A stretch of DNA of 64,000 nucleotides from Bugula neritina. Its lineage: Eukaryota > Animalia > Bryozoa. Location: positions 21,254,767 to 21,318,766 of the forward strand of contig OZ037766.1 in assembly GCA_964035545.1 (NCBI GenBank), given 5' to 3'. Shown here piece by piece: positions 26,905 through 39,800 of this stretch (position 1 is its first letter; each line of letters opens with the position of its first letter). Made by a program: the position numbers and the translations under genes. The notes below the pieces were generated by a model, which saw only the letters and a list, made by a program, of their open reading frames with translations, was not told the DNA's origin and ran no database searches.

Positions 26905-26955
26905 CTCACACTACTATATAGTTTCGTACAGTAAACTGCACTCGTCAGGTGTTAG
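26905..26955 (-). ncRNA. Minimal type-I hammerhead ribozyme with canonical core
   Basis: - strand reads CUAACAC CUGACGA GUGCAG UUUA CUGUAC GAA ACUAUAUAGU A|GUGUGAG. All core nucleotides present; helix III is the palindrome ACUAUAUAGU; GUA cleavage after 26912. Confidence 0.82.
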
Positions 26956-27218
26956 ACTGAAAATAAATAAAATCTATGAAGCATACCGATTATTCAAATT
27001 TTTACATAAAGAAAACTATCATGCTAAACACAACGTAAAACGAAATGCAAACATAGTAGTGGATTTGGTGTTATCTATTAATTAATTAAATTGCTCTTTT
27101 TCTAAAGGATTAGACTATTAGACTTTAGCATGATAGTTTTCTTTATGTAAAAATTTGAATAATCGGTATGCTTCATAGATTTTATTTATTTTTAGTCTAA
27201 CACCTGACGAGTGCAGTT

Positions 27219-27222
<4 letters not shown>
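26930..27222. repeat. Inverted repeat with 99-bp arms (26930-27028 / 27124-27222), plus a third fragment at 27259-27276
   Basis: Arms differ by about 1 nt; the right arm carries a truncated hammerhead fused to (TA)n. Confidence 0.9.
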
Positions 27223-27262
<40 letters not shown>

Positions 27263-27273
27263 AACTGCACTCG

Positions 27274-27357
<84 letters not shown>

Positions 27358-27374
27358 ACATATATATATGGATA

Positions 27375-27494
<120 letters not shown>

Positions 27495-27518
27495 TATATA
27501 TATATATATATATATATG

Positions 27519-27588
<70 letters not shown>

Positions 27589-30500
27589 ATATGTATATAT
27601 GTATATACATATATTAAATGTTTAAAGTTCCACTGAGATGAGTAGTTCCTTTAAATTAGCGGAACAACGTATATCAAACTTTATTTGTTGTTCATTTGTA
27701 ATGTGACTCACTGCGCTTCACAAGTGAGACAGGTTTAAATGATAGCTGATTTCATCACATGGAATAATAAAATTGTCAGTAATAAGAAAAATTATAAAAT
27801 TAAAATTCAAAAATATCTAAGTTGCTCTTTATATATTCTTTTCTCATTGTAGGGGTGAGTAATTTCTTAGACCAACTGTATTCTGACTTGACGTCATTTT
27901 TCTATCAAAGTAAAACTTCTAGCATTCAATTTTGCTTGGGTCTGTGTTCAAACAATCAGCCATGTTTTGCTGTGTCATATGACCAACATATATCAACTTG
28001 TTTCCTGTCAAACAGTCTGAACATGGTAAACAGCACAGAACAGACTGCCAAAGCGTGTTATGTTAAGGAGATGTACTCTGAGCTGTTGATGATCTATGGT
28101 TTCTCTACCAGTCTTGCTAAAGGTCACATAAAACTGTCCAATTGTCCAAAAAGCTTTCTTCTTTTAACAATTAACAGCAAATAAAATAAATTTGGTTGAT
28201 TATGTATCAACATAAATTACATGGAGCATTTTGAGAGTCATGTGGAGTAAATCTATTCAACCTGCATCCAGTGATCACAATTTGAGTGTTTGCGCTTTGC
28301 TTTTTATATTTTAGATAAGATCGTAACAATGAGCAGCGTGTATGATGCAGAGTTTTCAGGAATCAAGGCTGTTGATGGCATTTATGTTCTTTCTGAGTTT
28401 GAAGTGGATGAGCATGCTAGTTTAACACACACCCATCAAGAGCTATCACCATGGATACAAGTAGATTTGAGTGTCAATCACTTTGTTGAAGGTGTCAAGA
28501 TCTGGAATAGATTTGAGAGCTCTTACACCCATGAGTCAATAAAGCTTTTCATACAAACTCGGGCTTGTTCTATCATGTTGTACATGGCACGGTGAAGACC
28601 CTTCTTTTAGTGAGAACATGCAAAAGCTTCACTTACCTTTTTAGAAAATCACCTAATTTTTTCTTAAAAATCATTTGTTTTAAACTTTGCTATATTTATC
28701 ACACATTGGCCATTCAAGGATATTTATTGATTTTTTAGCTGACAATGAAAGATTGGCCAATGTCAGAATAACAGTGGGTTAAACTGACACTAACTTTGAT
28801 GATCCACCAGAAGTTGAGATATGTGGCTACCTTCCTGGACAACCACCAGCAGATATATTTCTGGTTACATGGCATACTAGAATGTATGGTAGATATGTGA
28901 GAGTAACAGCTGTAGAAGTAAATGAACATCTCAATATTTATGAGCTTGAAATCCATGGTCTGGAAGCTTTTAGTAATTAAAACCCTAAATATTTCTTTAA
29001 TTGGAGAAGTAACTTTTCTGATAGCTTAAACATGAACTATCTTTTGCAATATGGTATTTATGGCATTTAAAAACAGGCAAGCACAAAAACAGGCACTTTT
29101 TATGATAGGAATAAAAAATAACCCTCCTACTTTTTTATTCTTGTTAAAAATTGCATATTGTAAAGTTTTTACAAAGAGCTAAAAATTCTGTACGAGGCAG
29201 GTAAGCAGTATGATCAAATGACTCTCCTGTTCTTACCGATGGTCTTGCAGGGATCAAACCTGAATCCTATCACATACTATATTATAAGAAATCTCTCTAT
29301 TGCTAGACTGCAGCCTGCTAATGTGTACTCCTTTATGTTTAGTTTTATTTCTTTTATCTTTTTTAGATCAAAGCAATCAAAAAGCATCATTTAATAATAT
29401 ACTAAAGTTATACTTCACTTAATTTTTCCACGGATAATGCTATAAACATGCTTGCTTTTATCTCAATTATTCATGAATATTATACTTTGTTCAATTGCTT
29501 TATAATTGCTTTTCAATAGCTTCATCTGTTTTGTATAAATATATATTGTGCTGCAAAATATTTTAGCAAACTGTTCAAAATGAAAAGTGCTGCGTGTTTA
29601 AATTAGTAGACATACAATCACTAAACAACAGTGCTAAGGTAATTACACATCAATGTGCCTAGGTGCTAGATGCATAATGTTGAAGACTGTGTATTTGAAC
29701 ATGATCTCCTAGTCTGGCCAGTATTTTGATTGATCGTGATGGTGTGTGCTATGATACTTTGTTCTATGCTAATGTGGGGACAAGCATGCCTGCCCAGTAT
29801 TTACATATCTACGTAATATGCATGTATGTTATATGTATTATATGTGATAAATCTGTATGCTATATTGCTATGACTGTTGCTTATCTAACATAAGATCTAA
29901 GCTTCCATTTTAGTTGGCTGTTGACTAACATTTCATCATTTCTCTCTTAACTGAATGTTCAACATATAAAGATTGCATACAGCCTATAGCTTCCAGAGAA
30001 TTGTGAAAACAGAGCAGAAAATTGTCTCTGCATGAATTTAATTTTGCTATTCAATACTATATTAATTGCACAAACGTTATAATGCAACTATATTATATGG
30101 AAACATAATTCAAAAAATATATTTATAAAAATTTTTTATATGTGCTTAAGAATATATTTATGATTAAATAATGTCTAGAGTGTTTTTGAGAAAGTTTAAC
30201 TTTGCCAAGTATATGAGTAATAGGGTACATCATACTCAAATTATTGAACTCTCTACATGGCTTACACTGTCATAGCCTTTTAATAATTAAAGGCTTCAAA
30301 CTAGCTCCTTCATACAAGATCAGAATATAGAATTTCTTTCTTATATACATGATTGTAGTTTCAGTGATGTGTTTTACAACTCCAAATCTCAAGTGTCTCC
30401 TATGATCTCACAGTTACTCTATAACACAAGTAAGTAATAATTAGCAATATGATACAGAGACCATCAGCATATTGGCAAAAATTAAAGCCCTTCAGAAGCA

Positions 30501-30810
30501 TTCAATTGGTAAAATTTAGGCACACAAACTGTCTGTTATTTTATTGTTATGTCATTAAGTATACCTAATTAATATTCTGAAAGCGCAGTATTTAAGAAAG
30601 GCTTTTGAACTTGACCATAAGATATCTAAAATTGACTATTTAATTGAAAAAACTAATATTTTTGCATATTAAATATGAAGAAGCTGGTGACAAAACAAGA
30701 TTTTACTGTCATTACATAATATGCAGCTAATAAAGATAAATAACCTAAATCTCAACAGACATTATAAGTACATGTATACTAAATAAAATGGTCATCAGAA
30801 GTTGTCTTAC

Positions 30811-33800
30811 CTTCTCCATGGCATACTGCCAGTCATACATCTGTTCTAACCAGTTATCTCTCTCTGTGCACCATTCCAAGACTTTTTTCTCATACTGGCA
30901 CTCTTCAGTTACACAAGCTGCCAAATATTACATATTACATGCATTACTGGTATTTGTGAAAGTCTATTAGGGTCGGCTGCAGTACCAACAGTAGCACATA
31001 TAAAAGGAATAATTACATGTACATCCGATGTATAAAACACTCAAATATGTAACAAATATAGTACATACATATACTATTAAACACTCACACCCACATTCAC
31101 ACCCGCACCCGCACCCGCACCCGCACCCGCACACACATATATATACATGCCTCACCTGATAATTTGAGCTGATGAGTCACCATACATGTGCTGTCTGAAC
31201 TGTCTCTTAATTCCCAGCTTCCTGCATCTTCTGGTCTGCCATTCATTATATATAAAGAGTTGTTTTTCGTAAATATAAACCTTCCAAACTTTTCGTTGAC
31301 GAGACTTCCATTGTGATACCTAAAATAATTTATATTTACATATTCAAATGTCTTAAATGTTTTTCTTTAAAGCTTTATTTCTGGAACTTTTATCTTTGAA
31401 GTTACACTTCTGTTTGCAACTAAATATAAGCTTTCAGCGACTTTTCAACATTACTAGCTTGCTAATTGTTGTGTATGTGCAACTGAGGAACTATGCCTTC
31501 AGTATATTACTGTGAGTTATCGGAATAGAGCTCAGTTTAAGTTCTGGCACAGCACTCATGTTTTGCTTTTACCAATTCTAAAACATACACTGATTTTTAT
31601 ACTGAACCAAATTATTTTTTGCCAAATTATTATCAACGTAATTAAAACTATTTAGTTGAGAACATGTGTAGCCTACTGTTATTGCTCCAAGAGAATTTTG
31701 TAAAATTATAACCTTATTCGAGATGACTTCTCTATATAGTCACTTTCCTGATATCATGATACCTGGCAACTTTTAGATTGACTTTAAATATACCTAATTC
31801 TAAACATATTATAATACTCTTTTAAATTTTCGTAGTTATTATAGTCACTCTATATTATTGTCCTCAGATTTATATAAATTACCATTGAAATTGGTTTAGA
31901 GATTCTGTCTGCCGCAAACTCAACGTTGTATCCAAAAATATGTCTTCGTTAGGATCAAATACTTTTTCTTTTAACAAACAGGCTACAAAATATAAGGATA
32001 ATTTTACTTAATTTAGTATACTGGAAATCTTTAGCTTTTAGCTATTTTTCACAATTCAGCTGCTAATGAACATGGGTTTTTGCCCAAAATTAGTAAAATA
32101 TCAATAAATACAACTAAATAATTAAGGTCCTTTTTAATTTTGCTTGATTTCCCATGTTTCTTCCTCATTATTCATCTACTTTGAATTGCGGGTAGATATG
32201 GTTTTTTTCTGCAATTCAAACTAGCTAAATAAATAAGAAAAAACATGGAAAATCAAGCAAAATTAAGAAGAACCTTGATTATTTAGATGTATTTATTAAT
32301 ATTTTACTAGTTTTTTTGGGCAAAAACCCATGTTCATTAGCAGCTAAATTGTGAAAAATAACTAAAAACTGGAGATTTCCAGTGTGTACTAAATTAAGTA
32401 AAATGACTCATAAATAAATTAGCCATCAAAACACTTTTAATTGATCTTATGCTGCAATTTTGCAACAGAAAGTAAACAAATTAGAGGCATATAAGTATAA
32501 TATGGTAAAATATAAATGCAGATAAATAGGTTGTTGCAGTCAAATCGACAAAGTTGTAATAATTACTTCTGTTTTATGATTTTTGGTACATTTACATATA
32601 TGAGTCAAGTCAAACTACTTTCCTAAATGAAAACTATAGACAGCCAGTAAAATACTATAAAAGCAATGCACTTTGATAGCCAAGAAGATACGATACTCGA
32701 ATTCTGCACAGTATTTTATTGAAAATATCATTAGCTTGTACAAGTCAAGTAAATTCTCACCACTGCAATCAGCAGGAGACTTCACACTCTGTATCAGCCT
32801 GCAAAAAGTAAATGAAACAATACATGCACTTCTAATGATGCATAACAAAATACAACTTATGAAAAAAGTCACAAATAAAGTTATTATATGAGTGAAAGTA
32901 AATCAGTAAAAGGAATAACACATACTGCGCCTTCTTTAATACATAGGTAAGTTTATAGAAAAAGGATAAAGACCACAAAAAATTATGTGAATGGATGATT
33001 ACCCAGCAGTAAATTCCTGACACGATCTGCCCTGCTGATTCCAGCCACAGTGAGGGTCAGCTGAACAAGTACTACAATGTAGATACTGGTCACATTGAGC
33101 TGTGTATATAGTCACTACAGCCTCATCTGTAGCTATAACCAGCTGGTCACCCTGTGAAAGTAGACAGCGTATGTTATAAGAACTTTACAACAAACGCGTT
33201 ATTGTACTATACTTACAGTGCACTACTAACACCCAAGCTTTATCATTGTTTTTAAGGTGATTTTTCTCAGAATGTGTATGTTATCAAAATTTTAATATTT
33301 AGAAAATCCAATTGCGTCCATTTAGTTAATTTGCAGCAATTCATTTGATAATTGACATCAAGACATAGTGGCTCTGTCAAATATTGCTTATTTAGTAGTG
33401 TAGAGCATAGAAGAGCACAAGCAAAAATTATAAACTGGTACAATATTTTCACTGCTGGCACCAGTTGCAAAATTATGTTACAAAACAACTAAGAGTCAAT
33501 TCATATCAATCTTGAATACAGATGTTCAAAAATTCAAGTAATTTTTACAATATTTGTATTAGCCAACAATTCATCTTGAAGGCTTTAAATACTTACTGCT
33601 AGTTTCATATCCCATATTTTATATTTGCTGTCACCAAAAGGTTTGTACACAGCCAAGTGATTGTAGCTTGTAGTCTGGTCACAGTCCCATTCAGAAGTGA
33701 ATAGGAAATCTTCAGCGCCTGAAGTCTCACTCTCTTGTGTTAAAGTAAAGTAGTCTTGTCCCCAACTGCAAAAAGACAAGTGAAACAGACTATACACTCA

Positions 33801-36800
33801 CTACATGTGCATAGAACATATATACGTACATTGTTAGTAGGGCCCACTATTATGCATCATTTACATTTCTCAGTTTTTCAAGGTTTGCAAAGTAATCTTG
33901 GGAATATAATGGTAGCTTATAATATGAGTAGTTCAGTCACTGGCTCTTTTGATGTGCATGGTTGACAAAAGACAAGCATTGCCTTATAAGTATTCAAATA
34001 ATCTACCACTGCCTGACTTGGCTATTGGCTACTGGATTTGGAAAGTGAAGGTTGCTGCACAGGAACAAGGAATATTAGTACGACTATACCAAGTAAGTCA
34101 GAAGCATATTCATTGAACAGTCTCTGCATAAAGTGTATTCCCTCCATATATATAATATACAGTAACATAAAACTCCTATGTACTGTTTTAAATATTTGCC
34201 GTATAACAGCTTTTTAGATACAAAATACTTTTTCTCTCATTAAACCATAGTAATAATTTATAGCATTTCCAGGCAAAGAAATTACACAAAAGTAGTTTCC
34301 ATAAATTTACTTAGATGACAATTAAAAATTTATTGTTTCAATTATTATAGTTAGTGCTTGTTTAAAGAATCTCTAGCACACTTTATGCAGTAACAAAATA
34401 AGCCTAAATATCCTGTCTTTAAACGTTTATTGGTTACATGTAGCTCAATGAAGCTGCCAGTCACAGCAGCTAACATTATCTAGCCTGTTGGTAAAATTAA
34501 AACTACAGAAGGACTTTAACTACCTGTTCTTATGAAGATTAGTTTCTGTCCTCCACCAGTTTTCTAGATCTGTGGCGTTTGGACTCCAACATTTTCGAGA
34601 GTCAAGTTTTTTCCAAGTTACAATTTTGTGTATTTCACCATCAGCTAAGCAAGTTATAAAGATATGCATATATGCATGTATACAAATTTAGTTGGGTGAA
34701 CAAAAGTTATTGTTTTATAATGCTATCAGAACTATCACAAACTATGACATTATTACAATCATCTGAAAAGTTTGAGACTGCCAGAAATGTTGGTTTTAGC
34801 AGCACTTTTGTGTTAAAAAACTGATGAAATTAATTTGAGGTTTTATACTGTAATTATTATTTGATATTTTTAGTCAATAAGATATATGTCTGTTATTGCT
34901 AGCAAGATTTTGACTCATAAGATCTTATATGTTTTAATGATTATAGGGTTTTCCATACCAGTAGCCATGTATAGAATGGTGACATCATTCCCAAATGCCT
35001 CCACTTGGATCTTTTCATACTGATAATCCAATGATGTAAAAAGAGGCTCAGATGTAACAGCGTTCCACATGGTGCGTGAACCTACAAATGTTGACCACCA
35101 TCTTAGCAATACAAGATACCAAATATCATGCTGTATTGATATAATATGTAGAGAAGCTGAGCTTAAGAATTTTTAAGTCTTTATGATATGCTATAGCTAA
35201 TCATTAAGCAACTAAGGGTTTACTGTGTTACATGAATAAAATAATCAGTGTAGGGAGTAGTACTAATTATGCATTAAACATATATGAAAACATATGTTAT
35301 AAAAAGTATTAAACATTCTAGGAAATCATATATTTTATAATCTTTTCTCACAATATTAGATTTTATACAAGATAAAAATTTTCATTACCTTCTACATCTT
35401 TTTCAAAAAAGTTTAGGCGACTGGATTTATCTCTCATGTCAAAGTTTTGAAGCTCTTTTTCTAACGGCAAAGTTTCATCAGTAAATTCTATGTCCATTCT
35501 ATCAATATTTTGAGCTTCAAAGGTTACAGGGTCTGGGTCACACTAAACAGAAACAGAACATAATGTTACAACTATTTCTAGTTATGCAGGTTTATAAACA
35601 AAATATATAAGCTTGATATAACAAAAAAGTTTGATAACTCAGTTATGTTTTACAATTTAGCAGTTAATACATTCGATGCACTAATAGTAAATACTAATAT
35701 AATATATGACACATTTGGGTCAGCATTTACCGTGAATTTAACACATGTGTAGCTCTAGCTCAAAGTGGATTCGCATTTTGGCTTTAGCTAGAGCCATAGA
35801 ATTTATAGCATAGTATAGCCCTGGCTAAAAGTTAGTCTACGTTAGTCTAGTTGAGCTTAAAGTGCTTTAGAAGCTGTATCAACTATTTCTTTAACTAAAG
35901 CTATATCATTTAATTAGTCTAAGGCTCTAGATATGGTACATATGGTTTGTTTAGCTGCCAAATTACAACACAAAATTAAGATGTAGCTTTAGCCAAATGT
36001 AGCTGCTTTTTTCAGTTTCAACTAAAGCTTTGTGATTTAGTCTAAAACTCTAGCATCCCATATCTAAGTGAAACTCCCAGTCTAGCCTGATTATGGAGCT
36101 CTATGCAGTTTTTTTAAATTGCTGATGCTTTAGCAATCTTGATTGTTGGTAAATTTTTCTTTGAAAGTTGTACATATAGCATTCATAAGAGTACAGCACA
36201 CTTTTTAATGAGTTCTGCGCTCAAACAAGTGTTTAGTCTACAATAGTTATAGTGGCCTAGCTCAGTTGCTGCAAGCTTTTAATGTATTCGTTTGTTGAAA
36301 TTTTCCTGTTTTCTCCAAAACAGTATAAATTTAATATGTTTAAAATATACATTCTTTTTAAAATAAAAACCAGTTGAACATACATAAAAGTTTCTTGGCA
36401 GTCATCTCACACGACTTTCAATATGACAAATTACACCAGCATTGTAATTCTTGTTTTAAACACAAATTCTTAGTATAAATGAATAAATCTTTGATTTAGT
36501 TAGCTACTTAATTGAAAAGGGCTAAATAATTTTCATGAAAAAGTATGTATACTAAATTACTCTGATGTTCACAGGTTGGATCTAAAAATGAGTTTCATCA
36601 AACACAATTAATAGCACCTAATTTGTATCTTGCATCAGTAAAATTAGTTTGCCTACTGAATATGGAATGTAATGTATCAATAAACTTTTTGAAGAACCTA
36701 GCATAATAAAAATTATTTTATGCATTCATATGACCAAATATTTTATTTCTTATTTCTTATTGCTAAAAATTGTGTAAAGTATTCTTTTCTGTGGATATGT

Positions 36801-39800
36801 GAAGCTAGAAAGCTCAAATGCTTACATGAGCAGGTGTTCACTTGTGGAATAAACAAACTTTTGCACAAGAAACAAAAGCATCCTGAAAAGTTTGGTGTTG
36901 GAAAGATCAATAAAAAGGATCAGCTATATTTAAAAAATAACTTCTATACCTCCAAGATAATATTTATTAAAAAAAAATTAGAGAAAAGTTTCTTGGTTTC
37001 TTTTTAGTTCAAGAACATGGCCTCAACCTAACTTTATAACTTTTAGCCAAAAGCACTGACTGGAAGTATTGAATACCCAGTCTTATTACAGCTTTATTTG
37101 TTAAATTGACCACAGTCTTTTTGTACTTTTGATGAGATTTCAGCCATGATCCTACCATCTTCTAGTAACTCAATCAAAAAACTTTTATATAGGAAACACT
37201 GAAAACACTGAAAAAAGGTAAAGTAGATGTGAAAATACGAAGTGGTCTTAACACTTACTGGGAAGAGCTATCTAACGAGCACTACTCATTAGATAGCTCT
37301 TGATACTTTTGGTCTTAAAAAAGACAAAAGCTCAGTTGGCATTGACATTAACCTAATGTCGCAAAACCAGTTATTGATTTGAAGCACCAAATGTCTTTCG
37401 AGAATAACACTAAAGCTATTACTCAACATACTGTTTGCTGATGGGACACTCTGCATTCATATTAAAACTGCACAAGAATCTGAAAACATTAAGCTTATAT
37501 TTAAAGTGATGAAGATTGCAACTGTACCCTTTGTTCAAACTGCCAGCTTCAAAAAAAGATGAAACAGTTATATAGATTGTAACTGGACAGTTTATAAAAA
37601 TAGAGCACTACAGTAAGCTTAACGACGTTGAGTGCACAGCTCACTTTGACAACCGGTCCAATGCTCCTTTCATCTACGTAAAGAAATTCATCAAAACAAA
37701 CAGTAAATTTGCAAGAGAAGCTGAGATATCTGCTGAGATAATATTGGCCATAATTCAGTCTCAAGCAAAAATTACCTCACAAGTAACAAATGTTTCTTAG
37801 TCTGCTAAAGGTGTTACACAAAATTTACTGATCAATGCACCTGTGACAAAAAAAAACAAATAGAGACAACCTTCTTATAGAGCCTTAGCAATTTTGCTGG
37901 CAAAAAGTTGAAAAGAAAAAGTCTTTTCACATCTTGGTTGCTCTCATTCAATCTTTTCACAATAGAGTGTAGGCTCTAATTCAGATTGATAACAACCAAT
38001 CTAAGAGCCATCCATTTTTCCAAAAAATAAACAGAAATTCATTTTGATAAAAAAGATGTTTTGCTTTATCTGCCTGCTCTGCAAGCACACAGGTTAGTAT
38101 TTGCATAAACTTTAATAAATTTATGCTAAATGAGTAGTATGCAAAAACTTTTTTGTGCGCTTACTAATATAATAGTTCCCTTCTTTACTTTTAGTCACAA
38201 TGTTTTGTCTTCTATACAATTAATTTATAATAATACTCTAATGTATTGGAACTTTTATGTTTGGGGGCTGGTAGATTGCTTTCAATTCACCATAAGCTTG
38301 ACCGCAAGAAAAGGATAGTATGATTGTGGCAAAGAACCAACTCAGTCAGGGATGTGAGCATTTTTTCCGTGGCTCTTCAACAATTTATAATTTATCAAAA
38401 TTACTCAAATGCTATTAAATTAGAATAGATTCCTATTTATATTTTACTCTTGACACCAAGGAACAAATGGACAAGGGATGAATTTGAAGGAGAGCTGATT
38501 GGTTGTAACATTAAGCTGGCTCAGTCAAGTCAACTGGTCAACTTTATTCACTGTGTTGAGCGTGTAATAGTTGCAAAAGGATATATGGTTAAGAGCAGAA
38601 CCAATTCTTCCTATACGTATATTTGTATTAGAGAAAATGCCGTCTTTAGTGATGAGACGAAAGCACTATAAATATTTATATGCTGAATTTGCTATTTTAG
38701 TTCAAAATATAAAATTTGATTAAATCATGTAACTTTAATTCAGGTTCTATAACCGTGAGAAAGAAATCACTTTTAAAGAGGCTTATATTGCAATGAAAGA
38801 AGAGCAGATGGAAATATTTGCGTGTCTGGAGCTTAGCAGTGTAGTACAAATTGAAGAAATAAAGTTTCTGAGAGTGTTTGTGAATAATCTGAGGAAGGAC
38901 AAGTCATCCCAGCAATTCGATAACAATCAGCATAATGTTTGTAAGAATGAAAATGTTTTTGCCAATGTAAAACACATTGTGCTAAGTCTTACATGTTATA
39001 GATGGAATTGTGTATATTCTCGTAAATTCAATCTTTCAAGACATATCCAAACATGTCATACCTTTGCTAAAAACTTTTTATGCTAACAATGTACTAAACA
39101 GTTTACAACTAATTACTCGATACAAATTCACCACAAGACTTGCAATGAAAGTTTGCGTATTCAAATTAATGAAAAGCATTCATTACATAATCACCTGGAC
39201 AATGAAGATGGTCTGACAGACTTTCAAACTAATGACAGTGACATTGATATTTCAATTCAAAGTAGATGAAGCTTAATTAAATCATATTTCAAATGTAGAA
39301 AAATAGTAGATATATATAACTTCCGCATTGTCAATCAAAAAAACGCACTCATGCAAACCATGAAAAGTGTATTTGTACTTTGCATTTGTATCAATGTGCT
39401 ATATGCAAGACCTCCCAACAGGTTCGATCATTGGAAGACGAAAAGCAAATCAATTTCGTCCAAAGTTTTGTGACTATTTTAGGAGACTAGGTGTTGAATG
39501 GTCAAAATATTGCTCCTACTTAAGTAGCATATTTATCCAACATAAATATAAAAAATGTGAACAAAAAATAGGAAAAAACAAACTTTCAGTTGACGGTTAT
39601 TGTAAGTAATAAAAAACAGTATTTCAGTTTCATGGTTGTTTCTTTCATGGTCATATGTGTGTAAAATGAAATGGGGGAGTAATTAGTCCAATCAATGGAC
39701 AAACAATGGCATCATCAAACCAAGACACTAAAATTTATGTAGCACTACTACTACAAGCTATGTTGCCTACATCATGGATAGTGTAAGTTTTAGATCTTTT

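Noticed and set aside
31168-31200. CTGATGA hammerhead seed (similar seeds near 42857 and 63565)
   Set aside because: No correctly placed helix II, GAAA and helix III; all lie in coding sequence.
34003-34126. Extra semaphorin exon
   Set aside because: Stop codon in the required phase; neighbouring exons join in frame without it.
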